Below are positions 11,401 through 24,700 of a stretch of 64,000 nt of DNA, in pieces (the stretch's first letter is position 1; every line of letters begins with the position of its first letter). The position numbers and the translations under genes are program-made. The DNA comes from Catajapyx aquilonaris (lineage: Eukaryota), in the NCBI GenBank assembly GCA_000934665.2, contig KZ538039.1:62001-126000 (forward strand). The letters are read 5' to 3'. Below the pieces are notes generated by a model, which made no database searches, had not been told where the DNA came from, and saw only the letters and a program-made list of their open reading frames with translations.

Positions 11401-12142
11401 TCGTGCAAAATCACGAGTTATCTGAAGCCGGGCAGTACTAGACGGAGCCTGCCGGATCTTAAGATTCGTCTCTCCATCCAGGTTCATGGTTTCTATGTAG
11501 CAGATTGACTGCGGTTCACTGCAATGGTCAAGTAACTTAGACCTGAGGACAACTGAATTGGACACACACAGTGGCAAATATTGGCCCACCTGGTGGATAA
11601 GACAATCATGTCAGCTGGTAAAAAGTGATCATTATAAACTTTGCAAATGTTGCCGACAATGACGTCCTTCCACTTGACTTGGATCCAATGCCCATGTCTC
11701 AGAACTTCCACTTCATTACAATTTATTGCTGTGTCAACTCTGTTTCTTTTCTGCAAATGTGTGTGGAATGAGCATATACCGGTACTATCATTATTCCATT
11801 TATTAGGAAACAATCTTTACAATGTCTTCAGCTATTTCCTTGATGGCAGATGCAAGGAGAATAATAGAAAGAGGAAGGACTGTTGTGTAGGTAGTTGAAC
11901 AAACATCTGGTATTTGCTGAAGACAAAATAATGAACTTGTAATATTATTATCAACGGTTAAAGATTTTGCATCTTACCTGCAGAAGGGCAATGACCAAAA
12001 AGTATAGATTGGAATACCTTCGAAATTGTTCAAATAAAAAACTAGGAATAAAAGTTATCAAGCTGTACTTTGTAGTCGATATTTCATTGGTGCAGAATGT
12101 CTCATTAAAACCATTGACGACAATGGTGCGGTCCCTCTCCAT
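5401..12142 (-). CDS. ATP8A-type P4-ATPase phospholipid flippase, diverged tandem paralogue 'copy A'
   Basis: 14 exons from ATG 12142 ([11 protein letters not shown]) to 7995 splice in frame, with [63 protein letters not shown]. One in-frame path for the tail is 6790-6743, 5794-5748, 5510-5401, ending [36 protein letters not shown]. Exon use between 7995 and 5794 is uncertain. Confidence 0.85.
6119..6148. repeat. (AAT/AAC)n microsatellite
   Basis: aacaataataacaacaacaacaacaacaat. Confidence 0.7.
7036..7179. mobile_element. Palindromic MITE with 3-bp flanking duplication (CAA), in an intron of copy A
   Basis: Arms GGGGTGGATTCA..AATGTCGTAAGTCATATTTTCATCATAACCGGTTGTAA / TTACGACCGGCTATGACGAAAATATGACTTACGACATT..TGAATCCACCCC; CAA at 7033-7035 and 7180-7182. 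Confidence 0.8.
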
Positions 12143-12958
12143 CAAAAATGTAATATTCAGTATTGTCGTCCTTTTTCTGAAAGAGAGAGAGGCATAATAT
12201 GAATGACACAAGCTTAAACAAGATGTTAGTCAGAACATTTACTTACCAGGTTGAGGCCTCTTAAAACCTGTTAAAAACCAGTTCAATAATAAATTGATGT
12301 AGTGTTATGTTAATATGACCATTCCTTGTTCATTTCCTAAGGAAAGCTTTAAAAGTAATTTGAATGTTACACTTGCATCCTTCAAGTTTTTGTTCAATAC
12401 TGTTGCCAGGGAAATGCCAATGGATGTTCAGGTGAAAGCCCAACCTAGCTACTAATCTGTCAGACTGTCAACAAGCTTCTAGCAACAATTTAAAAAAGTA
12501 TTGCCAATATAAATACAGTTGTCATTTTTTTTACTATTCCTTTGTGGGTTCTTGCCCTTTTCAGGAAGGACAGCCAAACCAAAATCAATTGCACAGTTCA
12601 ATAGATTTACAATGCTCAAAAAAAAATTATACTGTATAAATTAAAGACAGGTACTGCATACTCTACTCTGTATATCAGTAACAGTGTCCTTTGTTAACAA
12701 GGTGACTTTTACAGATACATGTTATTTCCACCATGTCATAAAAATGTATGATAATGCACGCGGAACAGAAATTTAAAGTTCGGATTAAAGCGTGTTACAA
12801 CAAACCCCCGTGTCACCTACATAATTATGTGCAATATAACATAACAAAAACAATAGCCTACCGCAATTAATATATTTAAAATAAAGTACATAATATCTCT
12901 CATCCCACCCTTCCCATCCAAAAAAATCTCTCATAACAGCTGGAATCCTGTGAGCCTG

Positions 12959-15900
12959 TCATATGTCGTCATTATCTGAATACACTCCAATTGCAGCCCG
13001 ACTCCATATTCTTCCTGGAAATTCACTTGACCTTCTGGAAAAAAATAAAAGTAAATTATGAATTGTTGTTGTTGTTGTTGTTAGAGCCCAAAAGTTATTT
13101 CAACTTACTTCCTCTTTATTTCCTTCATAAAGATTTTGGCATCTGCTTCCTCAATTATCTCAGTTTCTCTAACAATCTCTGTAAAAGACCTGAAGATGGT
13201 ACTCCTGACACTGCAAGAGATATTTATGCATGTAAGTATGGGTGTGTTCTTCCAGATTTGTTGGGATATGAAGATGTTGGGATATGAATAATATGAATGT
13301 AGCTCACAGTACTATTACAACATCTGGCAACATAGTGGTCAGAGGCATGATAATCAGTCCTAACCAAAACAGAGGTGTAGTGAACACCATTGAATCCATC
13401 CCGCACATAACAGCACCAAATGGAAGGTAGGGCCATGCGTGACTGTAAAAAAAATTAATGCATTCAAATAAAACTACTGCTTTGGTCAAAGCACCGTCAC
13501 ACTGACCTGTACGCAGCCAAGGTGATAAGCCACATACCTAGTGACCCCCAGAGAGACAGGTGGGTCCACTTGTTCCATGTTTGAGTCTCAAGTCCTACTT
13601 TCATGCTCACTGTCGCAACAACATACTGCAATAATAATATCAGCTGATAATAATATTGTTCTCTAGCGTCTAATACAGGCAGCAGTTTTTCTTCTCGCAT
13701 CATGTTAATTAGGTGTGTCTTTTCAAAAATGCAAGTGCTACATTAGGGATTGAAAGTATAGATTCAGCAGACGTTCCCATTTGTTTGTTAATGTTGGCAA
13801 CAATATTATTAATAGGATATGTTGAACCTGTGGCCTCAGATCTACAGGCAGTGGTGCAACCTGGCCTTAGTCACTATTACCAAGATCTTCAAATTCATGC
13901 CATTCATAATATTGCACAAGTTTATGCTCCTTATTGCACATACCGTGTAAACCATATTTCCAAGGACTAGATAACTACTGCTCTTGCCATTTTCCCAGGC
14001 AACATCTTGCTCCATTGACATCATGGGCAGCCAAAAAAGGAACACTGAGTGGACAATGGCAGTCACAATCCATCCCCAGAACACTCTCGTGTTGAATAGT
14101 TCACCATTCTGAGAGGGTTTGTACAGGGCAGGGCATCTAACCATGGTCTCTGCTGAACATGTGCGATCAAAGAAGCCCATAGCAAGCGGCTGAGCATTGG
14201 TGAAGATCATATTGTAGGTGGCTATTGTCCATCTGTCAAACAATATTTGACCTGACCACCCGCCGTAGATAGCATACCACATCTCCATCATGTAAAGAGC
14301 TATGTTCTTGTAGAAGTAGTACATGATCACTTTGCTTATCCTGCCATAGTTCCACACACCATGGACCAACAGGAGACGGGACAGGAAGCGAAACTGAGCA
14401 ATGGAGTAATCAGAAGAGCAGGCTGCCTGAAGTCCCTCGAGACCAGATATGCCAACCCCAACGTTTGCTTTTTGTATCATGGCCACATCATTGGCACCAT
14501 CTCCGATGGCCAATGTGATTCCATGCGTCTGTTGCGTAACCAGTTCTACAACCTCAGCCTTCTGCATTGGTGATACCCGACAGCAGACAACTGCCTCGCA
14601 AACCGAGCACAATTGGAAGAAGTCCTGCCTTACACATTTACTCAAGGCATGCTTCAGTGTGTTGCCATCGATGATAACAGCTGCATGATTGGTCTTATTT
14701 GAAATGTCACCTAGTTCCTCAATGTGTCTGTTGATTTCCTCATGTGTGGACTCTGCTGTATTCTTGTTGAGGATCAGCAATGACATTTTCTGAGTTAGCA
14801 GGCGACAGGAGTATCCGATGTTGATGGCAGTTTCCTGCTTGTCACCTGTCAGCACCCACACTGATATGCCAGCTTTCATCAGGGATGCAATGGTCTCAGG
14901 GACTTCATCCTGGAGCTTATCCTCAACAGCTGTTGCGCCCAGCAGCTGAAGGTTCGTTTCAATCAACTCTGCGGCCTCTTCCAACTTTTTCTCGCGCTGT
15001 TCCAAAGATGTGCTTGCCGCATGATATTTTACCTTCCACTCCTGGTAAATTATAGAACACTTGTTATACAACACCAAACACTAAACTGATGGCTATTAAT
15101 GCGGTAGTTACACAATTGAAGTGTACACATAGTGTGAGTTTCGAAGCCAACACTCACATTGTAGAACTCTGGGGTGATGTCAGACACTGCTAAGCACAAT
15201 GTCCTGAGCCCTTCTGAGGAAAAATCTTCAAGGTGCTTTACGGTGATGTTCTCATATGGTTGGTTGCCACCAAGCCTCTCCAGTATCACAGAATCCGCCC
15301 CCTTGCAGTAAAGCTTGAGCTTCCCATCAGGAGTACGTACCACCACTGACATCCTCTTGCGGGTGCTGGTGAACTCGAGCATATTCAGTATTTCGTACTT
15401 CCTTTCTGTTCCAAGAGCATCTATGAAAACACACTCAGGAGTGCGCCTTGTGAAAACGTACCCACATCCTCTGGCACCTAGCACTAATGCCCTCTCATCT
15501 GTGGCCAGAAGAGAGCAAAGAAATGAGCTATTTTCTGCACATAAGATCATATCTAAGTTTACAACCAGGAGATGCTGCATGGTAGATAAGCTCATCATCT
15601 TCAACTTCTGGAATGACTGTGTGACATACGGCCAGCAAAGTCAGAAATTCATCTATAATTTTGCCAGTCGATTGATTGCTCCTCATATTCTGCAATAAAA
15701 AATTCCAATTAACTGGGGATATAGTGGATAAGTTGCATATCTCCAACCTGTATAAGTTCTGATGACTGCGGCTGAATAACAGCTGCAAGGAAGTACTTTA
15801 TGCCACACACTGAGGCGCCCTTGTACTCCATCTTATTTTGTGTCAGGGTTCCAGTCTTATCTGAAAACACGTACTTTACCTGAAAGGTAAAACAGAGACA

Positions 15901-17825
15901 CATGGTGCAGTGCATCACCATGTGTACTTATTGTATCAATTTATATGATAAACTGCACAAACCTGCCCCAATTCTTCATTTAAATTTGAAGTCCTGGCCT
16001 TAGCAGGAGTGTCTGATTCACAGCAGTACATCTGCATATCGGAGTTGATAAGCTTTGCCTATAATAATAACAACGGTGTCATCATAAATGCCACTGCCTA
16101 AGGTTTCTCTATGCACGAAAGAAAATCTCACCTGAACAAATCTGATAACTTCAAGAGCGACTTGGAGAGAGATGGGAATGAGGTTGTGGTATAAGATCAG
16201 GAATGTCAGGAAGTTGAATCCAAAATTGAAATTAGCCATAGCTATACCAAAAAAAGAAGGAAACAGTTAAAGTGCATCACACGTTTGTTTCATTTTGTTT
16301 GCAGCCTGGATAAATTCATAGCAAAACAACTTTGATTTCCCTCCTTCATCACAGTATACATGCACTTATGAAAGTATCTTACATTCCAGCCCTAAGTACC
16401 AGGAACCTGCCTGGTTAGCTTTGGTCCACACCTCAGTGAAAATTGTACTTGTCATACTCATGATGAAAAGGACTACTAGGAGGAGGATGACTTGGTTGTT
16501 GGCATGCTTGTCTAGTGTTGACCTTTTCAGTGGTGCACGAGTCGAATTCTTCATGAGTTTGGTCTCACTCCCCGTGTATATGACAAGGCCAAAGATCCAA
16601 CTTGTGTTTCTCAATTTTGAGCCACGCAACAAAATCTGATCTGGCCCAAGCGCCAGTGTTCTGCAAATCAAACGGCATATTACAACTTTCCTCATTTGCT
16701 TACATTGGACGGCAACAGGTGAACATTTATTTGCACTACTGACAATGGAAGGTGAGGAAAGTCAGATTTTTCCAAACATTTTAAATTGCATCAACAGCCT
16801 TCTTAAACATTGGAAGCTACTAACTCGTATTTGTAGTATTATACATTGTTAATTGTGCCTTACTCATTTCTATCCTCTGTGAGGTTCCCAACAAATTCGT
16901 ATAGATGCCTGTTTGGTGGTTCACACACTAAGTATCCCTTGAATGTTGGCAAGTCTTCAACATGTTGCAGCCTGGCAGTCTTTGGCAGGGCCTGACGAAT
17001 CTTCAGGTTGGTCTCTCCGTCCAGGTTGGCAGTTTCTTTGTAGCAAATGGAATGAGGCTCACTTAAAAATAGATTTGTTAAAAAATCAGTTATTGCAAAA
17101 AATCAGGTAATAATTATAAGCCAAACCACACCAAATTCAGTATGGAAATAACTTACCTGGAAGAAAGCAAGACAAGATCTGCAGGGAAGAAACTATCCCG
17201 GCTTACTCTGACAATGTCTCCGACTGCCACATCAATCCACTTGACCCATTTCCAGGAACCTTCGCTATGAACTTCCACTTTTTTGTTGTTGACCTTTTGA
17301 TCTGCCTTGTGCCGTGACTGAAAGGTATAATAAAGTAACAGTACAATTTTAATTGTTTACGAGAGGCAAGTATTATTGGAAACACTTACATAGTCTTCTA
17401 AAATCTCTTTGATAGCAGACACAGTTAAAATGAATGTAAGTGGCACCACAGTGGCATAATGTCCAGTTGGAGACACATCTGGTATTTGCTGTGAGTAAGA
17501 CATCCTTGATGAATTAAAAAGTCCACAAGAACTCAAAAATATGCAGTAAAAACACTTATCTCACCTGGAAGGCGGCAATCATGAGGAAAAAGCAGTTGGA
17601 ATACTTGCGAAACTGCTCAAATAAAAAACTGGGCAAAAATGTCAGAAAAGTATACTTCGCAGTGGACATGTGATTGGTGCAAAACCTTTTCTGGTGTCCT
17701 TGGTTGATTAAAATGACGCGATGACCAGGATGTGATTTTTTTCGGTCTTTGGCACTCAACGATGAATCTAGCCGGCTTCGAGTTGAGTGAAAAGACTCGA
17801 CTACATCAAGGCCCTCATCTTCCAT
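12959..17825 (-). CDS. ATP8A-type P4-ATPase phospholipid flippase, tandem paralogue 'copy B' (15 coding exons)
   Basis: From ATG 17825 (MEDEGLDVV..) all exons splice in frame with [58 protein letters not shown]. The last two exons (13210-13109, 13034-12959) give a novel C-terminus ..[25 protein letters not shown]. Confidence 0.88.
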
Positions 17826-18255
17826 TGTCTTCTGCGTAGCTCAACTCTTGTTCCAGTTCTTGTACGTCGGACTGCAGGAAAATGTATGTCCTGTCGTGTT
17901 TTTCTGTGCTCTCAGTCTAAGAGTTACCCAAATCAGTTACCCAAAATGTAGAGGGACCTGGAAAAAGTCAAGTTGTATCAACTGAAATTAAGGAGGAAAT
18001 TTCAGATTGTGTATTTTAAATATTTGGAGGTTTTCCATAATATTGTGCTCATGCAATTGGCCTTTAAAGGGTTATTTAACATACATCTGCACCTAATGAA
18101 ACAAAAATCTTATTTGGTACTAACTGATGAAAAAACCCTCCCTGCCTCGTGCTTCTTCATTACACAAAAAAGTGACTTATATGGAAGCCTAGTTTCTGCA
18201 GATTTGTACCTTAACGACAACTATGAATAAATACAGTATGTTTCCCATTCAGGAC

Positions 18256-18406
18256 TATTGTCCATCTTTATTTAAAAGGCAGCTCCAACGTCCATACCTT
18301 TCTAAACCTCACATCATGTTTAGTTACCATGAGAGGCAATTCAGAGCGGGTGGGATTCAGGTAGGGTTGTGGGTGGGAACTTCCTTTTAAAGAAATGCGG
18401 ACAGTA
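18256..18406. mobile_element. Degenerate MITE-like element
   Basis: Left end tattgtccatctttatttaaaaggcagctccaac resembles the reverse complement of the right end (tactgtccgcatttctttaaaaggaagttcccac); TA at both ends. Confidence 0.45.
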
Positions 18407-21400
18407 TAGTAGTACTTACTAACTTCACTTGTAGGAATTAACTTTGCATTAGATTAGGTTTAGCCATCCCCTTACCTGCCAATGAACTGCACCCTCACAT
18501 ACTGAATGCAAGAATTATTTTCCACTAGCTCAAGGAACTAACTGAATACTTTCATATCCATACTACCATGCCTCTCACCAGCCTTATTTGTGACACCCAT
18601 ATTGCAGAACTACCATTCCACTGTTGAAAATTTGATCAACAATACTGCATTGTTATGTTGATGAGGTTTCCTTGATCACCCTCAACAGCTCTATCCACAA
18701 CAATAGCATTTCACAGAGCATAATGCAAAGGCAATTATGTATCCAGATTGCTAGCTCTAAAAAAAAAAACCTTGCACCTCGTTGACATACTTCCGCAGAA
18801 TCCAGTGTCTGTTACCTGCGAAGATTTTTAAAATAAATATCATAGAAGTATAACAAAAATATATTTTTAAAAAGGTGTGGGGATGCTGCAAGAAATTTGA
18901 TCCTAAAACACACTATGCAAGAGTTATCCACACTTTATCTGGTTGCCCCTTTTTTTTAAATATACAGAACAATGCAACTGCAAAACATTTCATACACCAC
19001 AGCAATGCTCCCCACGAAGCATTCAAATGTCCAACGAATTTCCACTCCTAGCTCTTTATAGAATAAGTACAACCTCAATTATTCAATCTGAATCAGTCAT
19101 GCGATAGATAATTATGTCCATTCATTCACTCACCCACACACCAATGCACACCTTCACATAGGCCCATAGTTTACATGGCAAATGAGATCACAGTAAATGC
19201 AACCATTTTTATACATTGAAAAATAATACAAAACTTCCATTTTGAAGCCCAGTAATGACAAAACTCCTCAAACATGTCAAGATATGCCGTTTTACCATCG
19301 AGAGTTTAGGTTCTGAACCGTACTTCTTCACTAATACTTCCCTGTTCCTGTCTTTTAAAGCAAAGGGGGATTTTTAAAAAATTAAAAGGATATAGAAACA
19401 TGTCATGTGATAAAGAGGGGCTTGTGTAGAACATTCACAAGTTTGATACAACAATTGGAAATATCATATGTGAAGGGAAGGACACAGCTTAGAAGCCATG
19501 ACACAGAAATTACAATCTCAAAACACCTCTTGACTCTCTACAGATACTGGTAGGTATACACTAGTTTTGTTTTCCTCAGACACTAACATCTGGACAGTTA
19601 TGACCCCAAGTCCACCAAAATACTTCCAGAATCTGTATACATATATCAGTTTTAATCTGTCATAACATAATACTCTGCATCAGACACACACACACATACA
19701 TTCGGTTATTGAAAATAAACTCTAAAGACAATGATGTCATGTAACCTGGCATAATAGTCTTTTTCTTCATTAAACCAACCATTGGTGTTGCACGTAAGGA
19801 ACAAGAAGGGCAAAGGATTTGGCAGCTTAGAAAACATGTTTCATAAGTATTACTTCTTTTTTTTTTACCATGCATGTTGCCAACCATTACCAAAAACTCA
19901 AGAAGTTGCAGCAGAATGGACCAACAAAAATCCTTAATTGCATCTGAAGTGTAAAATTTAAAAGTGCCAACAATCACATTCTCTAAGGTCTGTGATACCT
20001 AAACTTAACTGCATCCCATATGTTTCCTAATTAATCCTCTCACCTGCCAAAAACCAAACGAGATGAGGGAAGCGTCAGAATTATGCAAGTACTCTTAAAG
20101 GCATCTTTACAACTGACATCACAACAGTTTACTAGCTAGTTTATCAAAATATGACAACTTAGTCATTATCTTTTTAGATTTTCACCAGCTAAGACTCAAT
20201 TACTTTGACCCAGAATTAAACACAACTTGTTGAAAGTTTGTTACAGCGTTTACAAAGAAAAAAACTTTGTGAGATAGAGGCACTCGATAAGCAGAAAATG
20301 CACTGATTGTCATAAATCAGCCCAATATTTTAATACTTCAATTATCATGTCTCCTCTAATAGTGTCAACTTGGGGAAAAGGAATGAAAAACGGAAAGTAT
20401 TAAGTCTCTCCAAGGAGAAATAATATTTCCTTCATGCGCAGAAACCGGATCCTCAACTTATTTCATTAGCTGTAAATCAGTCACACATCAAAGGCTACCA
20501 TTGCCAGAGCCATAAAAATTGCAGGACAGATCAAAATTACTACAGTGACCTCTCTTCTCCCCGAGACTGTGAAAGGGAGATTCCAAATGTCATTGGTGAT
20601 TCACAGAACTTAATGCGTCAACAACACACAGTTTCAACCATGAGTAAATACATACATCCAATACGTATGTGGTGGCTTACCAGCCATGTGGTAGTAACAA
20701 TATTCTCATCAATTCGCAATGCAGCTCTTCTAACTGCCTGTGAAAGCATAAATGAAGAATTTGACTCATTTGTGACTTGGCCTTGATGATGAACTTCTCA
20801 ATTCAGTTCATTTCGTGGTTCCCGCTGTATAATTACCATCTGCACATTCACAGCTTCAATGCTTGTAGACATTCAATTAAAAATATGGAATCATCCCTTT
20901 GCTAATGTCAATTGGATAGCAATTTTTAGACTTGATTAAAAATTAGTGACTGCCTTGCCTCACATTTTCACTAGTGCATGATGATAAATGATCAAGGGGC
21001 AATGAGTTTTAACCAATCAAATAATGTTAAAATCAAATGTGTCGTTAAAATAACTAGTGTAGGTGGCAGGAGTGCCATTATGCCCCTCAAAGTCTCCTGA
21101 GATAGAAATAGTTTTAAATTAGTGACCTTTCTTGTATATTCTTTTAAATCACAGCATGGGCTCCAATCATGGAATTTTAAAAAGACACCTTTCATACTTA
21201 TTCTTACCCACTTCTTTCACTAATTAAAAGTCTACCAAGTTGAACCTCCTTTCAGCAAAACAATTACGTCAAAATGCTTGTTACATTCAAACATAGCTGT
21301 TAACACGCTTATAGCTACCCTCCTGGCAACAAGTTCTACCATTCAAATTATAATGAGGTTCTATTATGTTGAAGATGGCCATTCTTGTTCTCTCCCAGTT

Positions 21401-21745
21401 TCTATTTTTTTTTTTGGTATGAATGTTTACAAGGGAAAAACATGACAATGGACAGAGAGAGGGGGAAAAAAATGGATACTATATCAATGACACAGGAGGT
21501 GCATTTTCAAAGGGTTTGTGGGAGGGGAAAGGATTCACATTTTAAATAGGTTAAGAGTTTGTGAAATGGTCGGTATGATTCATCCTTCACAACACCTGAC
21601 TTGCTGTAAAAATTCAGTCCTCTCCAAACATCCCCAACATTCCATCTTATCCTCACCAGAGAAATGTAGCAAGTTCAGAATATATGCAGACGCAACAATA
21701 ATGATGATAATAATAATAATAATTTCCCGGGAATAAGCTGCCACT

Positions 21746-24700
21746 TCACATCCCACCCGGCTTGGGTTGCGTTGTGTCATACGCCCGGATAACTTCGGAC
21801 TGAGGAACGACTCCATATTCTTCCTGGGAGAAGGCGTAGCCATCTGTAATGCGTTTGCAAAAATGGGGAAGAAAAAGTCTCATTAGCCACGGTCAAACTC
21901 TATCTAAACATTTTTTAAAGAAAGGAGTAAACAACTTAGGGATTCATCATTTATGTCAAAGGCACTTAAATCGTTGGGACACCTTTAAAATGTTCTGCGA
22001 TGTACAATCATCCGTGACACTTTGTCTCATTGGGAAAATGGTCAAGGTACTGAGTATGGGTAGTTAAAAAATGTTAGTGAGACAGTGAAAAAAAGTGTCT
22101 GCATCTTTTGGTTAAGTGAAGGATCCCAAAGGCTTGCAAGTTGCCATTGTTATTCTTGGGTGCAGGGTAAGCTGTACCCTTGTTAAAAAGAATAGAGAGT
22201 TGATTCCATTAAAGCCAAACTATCTAAATCCTTTTGTGAGTGCCAGTTTGTTTTACACACTAAGGTACAATGACAGTAAGCAGTGTTTGTTGCCCTGAAC
22301 AAGTACCGTTAGTTGAACAAATACATCATGCATGTAAAGTAAATAAATCAATAAAAAACATTAACATAAAAAGTGCACACCCAGAAAATCACAGCAGAAA
22401 ACCTAGCAACAATTATTATTGGCAGTGAACTCTAGCAGGTGCATTGATCAAAGTTTGCCTAGTAGGTTTTTCACCACAATAATTTGTAATCCATTGTTTG
22501 AGGGGCACTGATTCGCTTTTCACTTAGCAACAATAACCCAGTGATTATTATCTACAGCTAAAGAAACAACTAAAAGAAACTAATCGGTAACGGAGAAGAG
22601 TCCACCAACAATATTTTGAAGGTCATTGTGTGTAAGATTCCATCAGATAGAGCAGTTGTTTCCAACCTGCGAGTCGCAAAGCCTTTTCCGAGGGGTCGTG
22701 CTGTGGCAGAGGTAGTATGTTTTTACTTGCGATAAATTTTAAAGGAAACCACAAATACACACAAACTGACAGTCAAAACCAGTCAGAATTAGTGTGAGCA
22801 GTACTGTGAATCTCGGTAATTTATGACCCAATATGAAACAATGACTCTTGTCGTTATTGTTAATGGACAACCTTCTGAACACTCCCTCAATGCTATAGAC
22901 TTTCATCCTGTACTTCCTGCCACTTAATTCTTTCAGTTATTAACCGAAAACAACAGCCACCATTCCATCCAAATTAGCATTCATGGGGGGGAGGGGCCGG
23001 AGGGGTGAGGGTTTGGGGTATTGTAACAACATTTACAGACAAAATTAAAACAGTGGGGAAGGAGGGTTGCACACTCTTTCTCCAGTTACAGAGGGAACGA
23101 TGGGGGCCATGTACTTACGGGCCAGCTCAACCTCCATAGTTACTCGCGTGCTGGTACGTTTGAAGACATTCTTCACGTTCTTCAGCAGGCGAGCTGTTTC
23201 AGAAAGTCTGAAAGTGGCACTGGTGGTCAATCTTTTGGTCTCCATAAGGAGGGAGGATGGGATATTTGGCGAAGAATTTTTATACTGGGAAGTTGGGCAG
23301 TCATAGTTGGGTGGAGGTGGCCATCTCTTAAATATAATGTACATAACCATATACCCAGGGGGGTCAGGGGACCACTGGAACGCTTCCCTTGCCGCCTTAA
23401 AAGAAATCAGCCTGTCTTGACCTTACCTAGCCTTATTACTATGATACGGTTTTTTATCTCACAATCACCATTACCACTGTCGTGCAAGGCATTGCACACT
23501 GCAGGACTACCACAAATAAATATCACACTTATCATGTGCTTAATTGTGAGATAAAAAAAAGGTAGGCCCTTCCAGTGGAGTGGATGCAAAAGGGTCATAT
23601 AAATAAGGCACGGGTGCAAAGTGCAGCAGTAAAGAAAAGCTATCACACTAGTACAGTAGTTCATAAAGCAGGTGATGGGGTTCGCACCCCTGGCAGTTGC
23701 AGGAAATCTGTACTTACACATCGTAAGCTGTTCCAAAGCATGCATGGGGCTGAGGAGGAAGAGACCGGGAAAAAAAATTTGAGGGGAAGAAAAAATAGAC
23801 ATAGGGTCAGGTCTCGAGAGAACACATGGTCCAAATGTACTTTCCACACCCTGCTTGCAAAGACTGCAAAAAAATAATGGTTTGAAAAAAGAAATGAGGA
23901 ACAAGCAGCCAAAAACTACTCGTACAGTACATACTCAGCAAAGCCTACTGATTTTGTTGGTCACTTTAGAGGGGCTCTGAGCACTTGAAAATAACTTTCA
24001 ACAATATCCTGCAACATGTGCCATGATGAATTTGGACAAAAATAATACAGCAAAAGTGTCAAAAAAATGCAACACATTTACATCATCATCTCCTGTAACA
24101 AATAATAGTGATATTGCAGTGACGTGAGGTGAGCATGCATTGAGTACATCATGAAGAAAGGTGTAGATTTACAGATGCCTAAAAGTCGAACCTTTTCTTT
24201 ACATTTACTCATAATTTCTTTGGCAAATTCAATATTTAACATCTTTGTGGAATAATAAGACACTGTACTCTTAAACATTTCTGAAAAGCTCATGGGGCCA
24301 GATTCCATAGTGATGGTCACATTAACTGGTGAGTGATATCATGCAAACAAGACCAACTTTGTCAGTACCAGGAAAAAAGAAACTTGTGGAGCAGTCGGGA
24401 ATGGGATTGGGATTGGGAATATTATTTTTCACTCCCTACTTTTCGTGTCACTTTTGATTACACTATTCCAAAATGCAGGTCGCCTGCTCAAAAAATAACA
24501 TTCTACACAACAACCATGCTCTTCAGTCACATCATAAGCTGGTTGGGAAATTGTTTCGAAGGGAAATCATTTCAAACCTATCCATCTGTTCTTTCTATTA
24601 ACAGCAGCAATAACAGATTTTCAGAGGAGGCCACAGCATCTAAATACATGCACAGTGGGGAATTTTTGATATCTAATTAATTAGCATGGTTAGTTCCTGG

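Noticed and set aside
5401..17825. Copies A and B as pseudogenes or assembly duplicates of C
   Set aside because: Exons splice in frame with intact catalytic motifs, and the sequences are too diverged (introns show no evident similarity) to be haplotype artefacts.
23407..23912. ORFs in the intron before the penultimate exon of copy C, including a donor-like gtaagg near 23427
   Set aside because: Low-complexity composition, no recognisable homology, no convincing phase-compatible exon.
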